From the IMG/VR virus record IMGVR_UViG_3300032675_000001, positions 124,001 to 188,000 of that record: DNA of 64,000 nucleotides; one strand, 5' to 3'. Both the position numbers and the translations under genes were made by a program. A model generated the notes under the pieces. It saw nothing but the letters and a program-made list of their open reading frames with translations, was not told where the DNA came from and made no database searches. Of the stretch, positions 33,661-42,900 are shown piece by piece. How positions within the stretch are numbered: position 1 is the stretch's first letter; the number at the start of each line of letters is the position of its first letter.

Positions 33661-34615
33661 GTATTGTAAATTAGAGGCAGCGCACACCTTCAAAAACGGA
33701 ATTCATTGTTGCAGTAAAAATGTGTCTGGGTGTCCAGAAATCCGAGCAAGACGAGAGAATACCGCTATGGTGAAATACGGAGACAAAAACTTCAAAAACC
33801 ACACCAAAGCAAAAAAAACTAAGCTAACACGGTACGGTGATGAAAATTATAATAATCGCCAGCAAGCAGAAGCAACGACAACTAAAATGTATGGAGTTTC
33901 CAATGTTAGTAAAATAGAAGACATAAAAGTAGCGAAACAATCTACCTTTAGTAAAAACTATCCTATAGGGTCATCCGAAAGAACTGACTTAGGTAATACC
34001 AGGGCAATCTCTTGGAAATCGAATGTTGTGTCCGAGATTACGGACAAAATAAAAACTACGTGCGCAGATAGGTATGGAGTGGACAATCCGAATAAAAACC
34101 CAGATATCGTTTCTAAACGAAAGCAAACAAACTTGGCTAGATACGGACAGCAGCCCGGATTCGGCACGGAGAAGTTTAAAAACACCATTAGACAAAAATA
34201 CGGGGTGGAGAATGTCTCGCAACTCGCAGAAATTCACGAAAGACAACAGCGACCTAATTGGAAATCATACACTCTTCCTTCCGGAAAAATTATTAAGGTG
34301 CAAGGATACGAAAACTTAGCGCTGGATGCATTGATGTCGGTGTATGACGAAAATGATGTTATTACGGTTAGGAAAGAAATACCGGCGGTTTGGTATGAAC
34401 ACGATAACATACGCAGAAGGTATTATCCAGATATGTTAGTTGTGCCTACCAACACGATAATAGAAGTTAAATCGGAATACATTTTTAAAAATAATGAAGA
34501 AGTCAACATGAAGAAAAAAGATGCATGTTTATCCATGGGGCTGGCATTTGAGTTTTGGATATACGAATCAAAAACACACGAACTAAGAAAGCTAATATAT
34601 CCCGCATGTCAATAA
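33647..34615 (+). CDS. Putative free-standing homing endonuclease with a C-terminal PD-(D/E)xK domain
   Basis: N-terminal Cys cluster; repeated KYGVxNxS DNA-binding-like motifs; YYPD...IIEVKS; inserted between gp47 and gp46 and overlapping both. Confidence 0.7.
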   Translation: MIICEYCKLEAAHTFKNGIHCCSKNVSGCPEIRARRENTAMVKYGDKNFKNHTKAKKTKLTRYGDENYNNRQQAEATTTKMYGVSNVSKIEDIKVAKQSTFSKNYPIGSSERTDLGNTRAISWKSNVVSEITDKIKTTCADRYGVDNPNKNPDIVSKRKQTNLARYGQQPGFGTEKFKNTIRQKYGVENVSQLAEIHERQQRPNWKSYTLPSGKIIKVQGYENLALDALMSVYDENDVITVRKEIPAVWYEHDNIRRRYYPDMLVVPTNTIIEVKSEYIFKNNEEVNMKKKDACLSMGLAFEFWIYESKTHELRKLIYPACQ

Positions 34616-36684
34616 TTTTGAAAAACATAACACTGCGTAATTTTCTTTCAATCGGGGCAGTTTGCCAAGCTGTCAACTTTGATAGCAAAGAACTAACACT
34701 CATCATGGGTCAAAACTTAGACCTTGGTGGAGATGGTGCAAGAAACGGAACAGGAAAAACCACCCTGATTCAAGGGCTGGCATATGCTCTATTTGGATCA
34801 CCGATCAATAGCATTCGCAAGGATAACCTAATCAACCGAACCAATGGTAAGGGAATGATGGTAACTCTAGAGTTTAATGCAAATGGCATTGATTACAAGA
34901 TTGAGCGTGGACGTAAACCAAACATTCTTAAGTTCTATGCAAACAGCAGCTTGCTAGAGGGTAAGGATGATGCTCAGGGAGAAAACAAGGAAACACAGGC
35001 TGCAATTGAGCGCGCTATTGGTATGTCTCCTGACATGTTCAAACACATTGTCGCGTTGAACACGTATTCTGAACCATTTCTGGCTATGAAGGCAAATGAT
35101 CAACGTCAGGTCATTGAGCAGTTACTTGGTATCACTTTACTGTCTGAGAAGGCAGAAGCCATCAAGGAAAAAAGTAGGGCGAACAAGGAAAGCATTCAGC
35201 AGGAAGAGTTCAAGGTAAAGGCCATTGAAGAGGCAAACAGGCGCATCCAAGAGCAGATTGATGCGCTTAAGAGAAGACAGACACTTTGGATCAAAAAGCA
35301 CGAAGAAGATTTAAACAAGCTTGTCGCAGATTATGACGAACTGACGAAGATTGACATTGATGCTGAACTTCAAGCACACAAAGACCTTGCTGCGTATCAG
35401 ATCACCAAAAAGAAGCACGATGATCGCAATGCTCTTATTTCTCGCCAGATAGCATGGAAGCAGAAGCAAGACAAAGACATTGCTTCTTTACAAAAAACTT
35501 ACGATACACTGAGTCGTATTGACATTGATGCTGAACTTCAAGCACATCTTGACTTGGTTACATACAACCAAAATAAGACACAGGTTGATAATGCAAAGAT
35601 CAGAGTAAAACAACTTGAAACGAGTTTAGTTAAAGACCAAAAGGCAATTGACAAACTCACTAGTGAGATTAAAACTCTTGAGAGTAACAAGTGTTATGCC
35701 TGTGGTCAAGACTTCCATGATGATAGCCATTCGGACGTTATTAACTCCAAGCGTGAACTCTTATCATCTGCTATGGCAGAGTTGGACCAGACCAAAAATG
35801 ATTTAGAAAAAAATAAACTTTTAATCGTAGATTTTGGTCAACCTCCAGTCACTTACTATAAGACTCACGCCGAAGCAATCAAGCACAGTTCTGAACTTGA
35901 AAACATTCAAAACCAAATCATAGCGAAGCAGAACGAATCTGATCCATATGCGGAGCAAATCTCAGAAACTGATGCCTTAGAAACCCTTGGAACGCTTCCT
36001 AAGACTATATACGATACGGAGACACAGGCGATTGAACATCGGTCTACTGTGGCAAGCTTATTGCAGCAGATTGAACGTAAAGTCGCGGAGAGTGATCCTT
36101 ATGCGGAACAAGTAGTTGAAATGGAATCTCAGGCATTACAAGTTGTGGATTTTGAAAAGATCAATGAACTGTCAAAGTATGGTGATCACTTGAAGTTTCT
36201 ACTGGACTTGTTGACGAGCAAAGATTCCTTTGTTCGCAAGAAGATCATTGATCAAAACTTGTCATATTTGAACGCAAGACTTACTCATTACTTGGACAAA
36301 ATGGGACTTCCTCATACTGTCATTTTCAAGAATGACTTGTCGGTTGAAATCACTGAACTCGGGCGTGAACTTGATTACTACAACCTATCACGTGGTGAGC
36401 AGAACCGACTAATTCTTGGGTTGTCGTTTTCGTTTAGAGATGTATGGGAGAATTTATATTATCCCATCAATGCGATGTTTATTGATGAACTGCTGGATAA
36501 TGGTACCGATGCGGTTGGGATGGAAAATTCAATGACGGTCCTTAAGGATATGAACAGGACCCGAGGAAAATCAATATGGCTAGTCAGCCATAAGGATGAT
36601 CTAACCAACCGCGTCAATAATGTTCTCAGTGTTGTCAAATCGGGTGGGTTCACCAGTTATTCAATGGTAACTGAGTCAGAATAA
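34606..36684 (+). CDS. Recombination ATPase, gp46/Rad50/SbcC-like (probable start 34606)
   Basis: Walker A NGTGKT, CYAC zinc hook, LSRGE signature, FIDE Walker B, VSH. Confidence 0.92.
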   Translation: MSIILKNITLRNFLSIGAVCQAVNFDSKELTLIMGQNLDLGGDGARNGTGKTTLIQGLAYALFGSPINSIRKDNLINRTNGKGMMVTLEFNANGIDYKIERGRKPNILKFYANSSLLEGKDDAQGENKETQAAIERAIGMSPDMFKHIVALNTYSEPFLAMKANDQRQVIEQLLGITLLSEKAEAIKEKSRANKESIQQEEFKVKAIEEANRRIQEQIDALKRRQTLWIKKHEEDLNKLVADYDELTKIDIDAELQAHKDLAAYQITKKKHDDRNALISRQIAWKQKQDKDIASLQKTYDTLSRIDIDAELQAHLDLVTYNQNKTQVDNAKIRVKQLETSLVKDQKAIDKLTSEIKTLESNKCYACGQDFHDDSHSDVINSKRELLSSAMAELDQTKNDLEKNKLLIVDFGQPPVTYYKTHAEAIKHSSELENIQNQIIAKQNESDPYAEQISETDALETLGTLPKTIYDTETQAIEHRSTVASLLQQIERKVAESDPYAEQVVEMESQALQVVDFEKINELSKYGDHLKFLLDLLTSKDSFVRKKIIDQNLSYLNARLTHYLDKMGLPHTVIFKNDLSVEITELGRELDYYNLSRGEQNRLILGLSFSFRDVWENLYYPINAMFIDELLDNGTDAVGMENSMTVLKDMNRTRGKSIWLVSHKDDLTNRVNNVLSVVKSGGFTSYSMVTESE

Positions 36685-36695
36685 ATTGATAAATG

Positions 36696-36760
36696 GGTGT
36701 GAGTCGCGGGAGTCCATTCCCCACTCATACTAATGCTAATCATTAATAAGGAGCATCAGC
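36696..36760 (+). promoter_or_regulatory. Structured 5' leader of the GIY-YIG endonuclease gene (two hairpins, the second overlapping the SD)
   Basis: GTGTGAGT/ACTCATAC stem with inner GGGA/TCCC; ATGCT/AGCAT stem overlapping AAGGAG; late-type TAAATG box at 36690. Confidence 0.5.
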
Positions 36761-36761
36761 A

Positions 36762-37517
36762 ATGAATATTTATCATAAAACATTACCATATATCTATAAA
36801 TGGATACATATACCTACCGGAAAATGGTATATTGGTTCTAAAGTGAGAACTGGATGGAACCCCTCGCGACATGAAGAGTATATATGTTCGAGCAAAGAAG
36901 TCAAGCCATTGGTTATGGAAAATCGAGATGATTGGGAATATCATATTCTGCATACTGGTGATGCAGCTTATATTGTCAATTTGGAAAAAATTATACTGTC
37001 TGAATTAGATGCTAGGAATGACCCAATGAGTTATAACCAGCACAACGGGGATGGACTATACAATAGATATGGTGTTAAAGAAAATGAAAACACTAGACTT
37101 AAGAAAAGTGCCGCTCGCTTAGCCGAAAAAAACCCAATGTATGGTAAAAGAGGTGACCTGTCCCCACATTATGGTAAATCACATTCATCTTGTTGGAGAA
37201 AAAACCAAAGCATTGGTCTAAAATTGTATAATGAAAATAGACCTGCTGAGCATAACAATAATATTTCAAAAGCATTGAAGGGTAACCCAAAACTATCAGA
37301 AAAAATGATTGGAGAAAATAACCCGCGTTATGGCAAACCAGCTTTAGAGCACAACAAACGCGCCTCGTCAATTGCAAATTCAGGAAACAATAACCCCATG
37401 AAAAAACCAGAACATCAGCGTACATGTGAACATTGCTGTAAAACCGTGGCTAAAAATCATTATACACTATTCCATCGGGACAAATGTAGATCAAAACCTG
37501 CAACCGACATAGAATAA
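36762..37517 (+). CDS. GIY-YIG-like (Seg-type) homing endonuclease with NUMOD3-like repeats
   Basis: YIYKW...WYIGS; NPMYGK/NPRYGK repeats; C-terminal CxxC..H..C. Confidence 0.75.
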   Translation: MNIYHKTLPYIYKWIHIPTGKWYIGSKVRTGWNPSRHEEYICSSKEVKPLVMENRDDWEYHILHTGDAAYIVNLEKIILSELDARNDPMSYNQHNGDGLYNRYGVKENENTRLKKSAARLAEKNPMYGKRGDLSPHYGKSHSSCWRKNQSIGLKLYNENRPAEHNNNISKALKGNPKLSEKMIGENNPRYGKPALEHNKRASSIANSGNNNPMKKPEHQRTCEHCCKTVAKNHYTLFHRDKCRSKPATDIE

Positions 37518-37554
37518 AAATTTTCAGGTGCGATTGTAAAGGATAAATCATTAT

Positions 37555-38148
37555 ATGCCATCACCACAGAAAGCTAAAGGTTCTTCCTTCGAACGTGAAG
37601 TCGCAAAGTTCCTGTCTAAAACCTATAACGAAAGTTTCATCAGAGCACCTGGCTCTGGAGCTTATGTTGGAGGAAAGAATCAGGAACGCAAGCAGTTTCT
37701 ACACGAAGGACAGATTCGCAGCTTCAAAGGTGACATCGTGCCCGGACAGACTTTCACTAAGTTTAACGCAGAGTGCAAGTCATATGCAGACTTCCCGTTT
37801 CATTTAATGTTAACGGGAAGTTGCAAAATCCTGGATACTTGGATTGAACAGCTTATGGCTGTAGCAGAAGAAGATGATTGTAACATTCTATTCATGAAGT
37901 TCAATCGTAAGGGACGCTATGTCGCTGTTCAAGCCAAGTATACTTGGGTAACAGATTATTTCATATACTACAGTTCCGCCAAGGTTGGCGACTGGGTATT
38001 CATTGAATTTGATACATTTTTTGAAAACAACAAAGACCTTTTTAAAGCATATTCAGGCTCAACATCTAGCTCATTATCTAGCCCATCACCTAGCCCATCA
38101 GACACCATGTCAGACACATCAGCTAACATTCTCACCATAAACATTTAA
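37555..38148 (+). CDS. Holliday junction resolvase-like PD-(D/E)xK nuclease (Hjc-type)
   Basis: KG..FEREVA, R.P.SGA, GDI and ECK motifs. Confidence 0.7.
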   Translation: MPSPQKAKGSSFEREVAKFLSKTYNESFIRAPGSGAYVGGKNQERKQFLHEGQIRSFKGDIVPGQTFTKFNAECKSYADFPFHLMLTGSCKILDTWIEQLMAVAEEDDCNILFMKFNRKGRYVAVQAKYTWVTDYFIYYSSAKVGDWVFIEFDTFFENNKDLFKAYSGSTSSSLSSPSPSPSDTMSDTSANILTINI

Positions 38149-38176
38149 CTCAACATCTAGCACATTTCCTAGCACA
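38058..38176 (+). repeat. Cluster of short C/A-rich direct repeats
   Basis: CTCAACATCTAGC at 38058 and 38149; CTAGCCCATCA x2; CAGACAC x2; CTAGCACA x2. Confidence 0.6.
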
Positions 38177-38189
38177 AAAACCCCACATT

Positions 38190-38760
38190 GCTGTCTGGTG
38201 TACGTTCGTAGACCCTCCTTGAGGAAGCAGGATTTAGAACCCCTGTAGTCCGGATTCTGGAGTATGCCTGACCGAGAGGTCAGTGCCAGATTCAACATAG
38301 TCTGGTGGAGTCTGATAGTAATATCGACCGCAAAAGCGTTAAGCAGCAATATGGTGTTTAACATTTGTGCTTTAGGAATACCGACAGGGCAATCGCACAG
38401 TAGGCGAACCCTGAATGAGTCCGTATTTAGTTTATCTCGTGGATACGGAACATGCGTTGTCGAGGAACTGGGTTAAACCAGCAGCCTCACTACACCTCCA
38501 TAAAAACCTTACAGGACAACCGGTGGCGAGCAGTAGCGTAAAAAGGCTAACTGATCGGGAGAGAGATAATAATGTATACGATGGGCCATGGCATATCGGA
38601 ATATTAGTAGTGCTTTCTGCGGAAAGCACTACTATGTCCTCCAAACCGGCAATTGTATCCGAAGTGACAATCTTTCTTAAAGAAATTAAAGCTACTAAAC
38701 GATAAAAAAATGAAAACGAACGAAGTGAGTTTTCAGATGAACGAAGTTCATCTCTTGACT
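38190..38760 (+). ncRNA. Candidate large structured ncRNA / structured origin element
   Basis: No credible ORF; more than 12 consecutive stem-loops, including GAGA and GTAA (GNRA) loops, a 13-bp cTGCGg (UNCG) hairpin, a long-range GTTGTC/GACAAC pair and terminal cGAAg hairpins. Confidence 0.6.
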
Positions 38761-38805
38761 TAAACAAAAGATGAACTCCTTAATATACGGCTGGGATAGG
38801 TGGGT

Positions 38806-39036
38806 TTAGAAATAAGGCAGTTGTGATTGCTTGGTTATTTCTAGATTGTTCTCAATGATTTCATTGATAGACTGACGTTCAAAAGCAGACATATTTAATA
38901 TGTCCTCATAAGAAGCACCTCCACGCATGTGCCATGCCATGGATAATGCTCCTTTCTTCACTCCCTCAACTTCAACTTCGTATTGTTTAATAAGCTTCTG
39001 AATTTCCTCGGGTGTGGAATGCAGAAGCTTTATTCG
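38806..39036 (-). CDS. gp51-like / gpT-like segment, probably translated by -1 frameshift from the upstream gene
   Basis: 76-codon open -1 frame RIKLLHSTPEEIQKL...WHMRGG.SYEDILNMS.FER...LPYF with no start codon in its first ~25 codons; not in the ORF track. Confidence 0.7.
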   Translation of the reverse strand, partial: RIKLLHSTPEEIQKLIKQYEVEVEGVKKGALSMAWHMRGGASYEDILNMSAFERQSINEIIENNLEITKQSQLPYF

Positions 39037-39854
39037 AAAAAATCCACTGGGCTTAGTGTGAATGGTTGTTCATATTCGTGCCCACATCCGTCACACTTAA
39101 TGTTAAGTGGTTTTATTTCTGTTGCGGCTTTAAGTTCACCGTTGTAATCTCTGATCTTATTGTAGACATTTCTATCACAGTTCTTCAAGTAATCAAGGAT
39201 GAATTCTTTTTGATCTACTCTAACGCTTGAAGTTTGAATATACTCAATAGTCTGTGTCAATAGATTCATTGTGAGAGCAGTAATCTTTTCTAACGTATCT
39301 TTAGTGATTCTGTTCTTTTCTTCTTCTGATTCTGAGTTTTCAATGTTCACAAATGTACGCTGAAGTTCAAAATTTGCCAAAGCGGCATCATTCATTTCCT
39401 TGTAAGTAAGAGGTTTGAACTTGATGCTCAAGTCTCCAACAGTCAAAGTGTTATCGTAATTTCCTGGCTTTAAGGTATTAAGAATAGGAATAAGATTGAC
39501 GCCATAAGTGTTGGTTTCTGTGCACGAAGGGCATGAAGTTTCAAGCTCAAGTACATCACCGGAAGAAGCAATCTTGATGGCGATCAAAATAGCATCCATA
39601 TCGTTGCTGCTAATTTTCCAAGGGTCTTTGATCACTGGAACACAACTTTTCACAATGTCAACGAGTGCCGTACCATTAAAAAGTGCGTCCGGTGTTCTGG
39701 TGGTGATTTCATCAATAGCAGTCATGGGATATACTGGGATTTCTCCAGTTTCAGGGATGTCAATCATGCCATCCACGTAATCTTTTCCTCCGGAAGGAAG
39801 CTTAAAATATACAGCCGGTCTTCGGAAGTATTGCTTTAGTGGGTTGTTGTTCAT
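39030..39854 (-). CDS. Baseplate hub / tail assembly chaperone, gp26-like
   Basis: NPLKQYFRRP..Y..LPS.G, PMTAIDEI, two CxxC pairs, ends DFFE. Confidence 0.7.
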   Translation of the reverse strand: MNNNPLKQYFRRPAVYFKLPSGGKDYVDGMIDIPETGEIPVYPMTAIDEITTRTPDALFNGTALVDIVKSCVPVIKDPWKISSNDMDAILIAIKIASSGDVLELETSCPSCTETNTYGVNLIPILNTLKPGNYDNTLTVGDLSIKFKPLTYKEMNDAALANFELQRTFVNIENSESEEEKNRITKDTLEKITALTMNLLTQTIEYIQTSSVRVDQKEFILDYLKNCDRNVYNKIRDYNGELKAATEIKPLNIKCDGCGHEYEQPFTLSPVDFFE

Positions 39855-39951
39855 TTCAGTTCCTCATAAAAAATGGAGTATTTACTAGTAATAAATAGTT
39901 ACGTAATATTTAGTGCTCAAAAAGTAGCAAAAAATAAAGTTCGGATTGACA

Positions 39952-42900
39952 ATGGACGCAGACTTAATTGCTCAGATAAATGATAAGCTTAAAGAGATGA
40001 ATGACTTGCTTACTAAGCAAGGTTCTGTTATTACAAGTCAAGTAAATGCAATAAACAGTTCTACATCAGCAACTAAAAATTTGTATTCGTCCACTCAAAC
40101 CCTATCAAATTCAGAGAAAGAGGCTGATTCCACCTATACTGGAGTTTCTAAAAAAAGTGAAGCTGCGGCAAAAGCATCTTCTGTTATGGATGAATCTACC
40201 ACTCAGCTTACTAAGGCATTGAATGACGGGAGCACCGCCGTCCTCGGCTTTGCGCACAGTATGTTGGATACCACTCCGGGCTTAACAAAATACGCCAGAA
40301 GTGTTACCGATATGGCCCTTGTTGTTTCTGACCTTGCCGCTCCATTTGGGCTGTTAGGTAAAGCAGCGGGCGGAATAGTGGCTATTCTCGGTACTCTTGT
40401 GGGTGCTTCATTTAAGTATTCAGATGCTGCTGTAAAAAGTTACGACGAGATATCAAAGGCTGGGGCTGGCATAGGAGAAAGTGCTGATAGCTTTTTAAAG
40501 CTTGCACATCAGGCAAATTTATCATCTCAAAACATGGGAATACTGTCAAAAGGAGTAACTGACTTAGGTGATAAGCTTTTATTCTTGGGTTCAACTACGT
40601 CAAAGGGCGCTGAAACCTTTGTTAAAATGGCTTCGTTTAACGACAAGACCTTAAAGCAATACAGAAATCTAGGTTTTACTCAACAGGACCTTATTGAGTC
40701 TCAAGAAAAATATTTAGAATTGCAGGCACAATCTGGCGCTGATATGAGAAAAAGCCCACAAGAGTTGCAGAAGGCTTCTCTTGAATGGATTGACCAACAG
40801 AATGAACTTGCTGAACTAACCGGAATCAATGCAAAAACTCAACAAGAAGCATTAGCTAAGGCTTTAGCTCAGGCCAACTTCCAAGCATATATTACCGGAG
40901 AAGAACAAAAGAAAAATGATGCCATCAAAAGGGGAGATACCGCATTAGCTGCTGAAATAGAACAACGAATAAAAGTAAAGAAAGAAGCAGCAACCTATGC
41001 GGAAGCAACATACGGTGCAGTAAAAGCCACCGCCATTCTTCAAGGTATATCTACAGATGGTGCAACAGTAATAGGACAGAACCAAGCCGCTCTTATGCGT
41101 AGTGGTCAAAATGTTGCAGAATATAATGAAATGTTGAATAAAGGTCAAAGTGTAGTTAAACGTATGTCTTCGGATAACGTTAATGCTATAGACCAATATA
41201 GAAAAAACTATGGTGAAATGGGTCAGGCTGCTGGTGAAGCATCCAGAAACATGATGAAAATCAACATGATTGACAATCAATCAATCGCAGCAGCCGCAAG
41301 AGACTCTCAACTGAAAACTACAGCAGGAAAGAGACAACAAACAAAAGAAGAACAAGAAGCTGCAGCCGCCCTTGAACGTGAGAAAAAATATAATGGCGAA
41401 ATCATGGCTAATAGGGCGCAGCAGGAACAATATGAACGTCAAATTCGTCAAGCACTTGATCCTATACTAGGAAAGTTATCAGATCAAATCAATGTACTTG
41501 TTTTAAAGCTTCAGCCGGTGATCACTAAAGTTATCGGTCTAATCAGTAAGAATATGAATTATGTAATTGATGTCGCAAAAGGTTTAGCAGTAACGTTTGG
41601 TATTATGTTTGGTGCGGTAGCGATAGGTAAAGTAGTAGGGTCAGTAAGATCATTTAAAGATGGTTTTTCTAAATGGAGAAAAGGTGAAAGTGGTGCAGTA
41701 GGTAGTGCAAACAATGCTGCTTGGGTAGTTTTTGATGAAAAGAGTGAAGTATTAAGTAAATTGTCAGGTGGAGGAGGAACTTCCGGGATACCCAAAGTTA
41801 GAAAAGCAGATTTGCTTGATAAAAATGGTAAAGTTTTACAAGGTGGCGCACTGCAAGAGAGAATGAAAAAGCTGGCAAGACAGCAAGGTCTTTCTGGGCA
41901 TACGGAAAATAGTGAACAAGAACTTGGTGGAACATTAGGCAATTTAGTTGATGTACTAAAATACGCTTCCAAAAATGCAGCAGATATTATAAAAGGTGGT
42001 GCAGCATTAGGACTTTCTTTAGCCGCTGTGGGTGGTGGAGCCGCCGCCGCCATATGGATTGTGGGTAAAGCTTTACCAACTTTTGCAAATGGTATGAAAT
42101 CGTTCAACGAGGTTAATGGTAAAAATCTTGAGGGCGTTGGCATAGGGTTGGCTGGAATCGGAAGCGGCATCCTAATGATGTCTAGTGGCGCAGTATTGGG
42201 CGTTTTAAGTACTATTGCAACATTGGTTGGTGGAAAAACCCCATTACAAAAAGCGGCAGATGAACTTTATCAGTTCCAAAAGCTAAACATAGATTCTAAA
42301 AAAGTTAAAGCAAATGGAGAAGCTGCTATAGTATTTGCTAAAGCACTAGCTGGTGCTGTGGCTATATCTGAGTTCAGTAAGCTTACTGACAGTTTAAATG
42401 GTTTTTTTGAGTCTAAACCTCCTTTTAAGGATTTTGAGGATTTCTCAAAACTAAACATAAATGAACCTAAAGTAAAAAATAATGCTACAGCATTCAAGGA
42501 GTTTGCCGAAGCGATGGATTCATACAAAGGTGGTGGTACCGTTGGTACTGTAACTACCGCTATAGCTGAATCTGTTGCTAACCATTTCAAGGTAAATCCT
42601 CCTATCAAGGAATTTCAGTATTTTTCAACATTGAAGATTGATCCTATTCAAACAAAAAAGAATGCAACAGCATTCAAGTATTTTTCTGAGGCAATCGCAG
42701 AATACAAAGGAACTAATAGTGGGGTAATAGACTCACTTAATGCTCTCATCGGAAGCTCGTTGAATAAGTTGTTCAATTTGGATGGGCCGATAGATTCTTT
42801 TGTAAACTTCACAAACAAGTCGTTTGGTCCAAATGCAGAAAAAAATGCTGACGCTTTCTACAAATTTGCTTCGGCTATGGGAATACTGTCAGGTTCAACT

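Noticed and set aside
34555-34605. N-terminal extension of gp46 given in the ORF track
   Set aside because: It overlaps the endonuclease gene; the Rad50-like sequence begins at ATG 34606 (MSIILKNITLRNF)
38221-38650. RNase P RNA or group I intron identity (GAGGAA..AGTCCGG with CCGGC at ~38646; ATAGTC at 38297)
   Set aside because: Only fragments match. The other conserved regions (RNase P CR-II to IV, group I P7 partner, flanking exons) were not found. An Infernal search would settle it.
38119-38767. Four short overlapping ORFs (70-111 aa) in the structured region
   Set aside because: They lie on both strands, have no SD or late box and atypical composition; the sequence is better explained by base pairing
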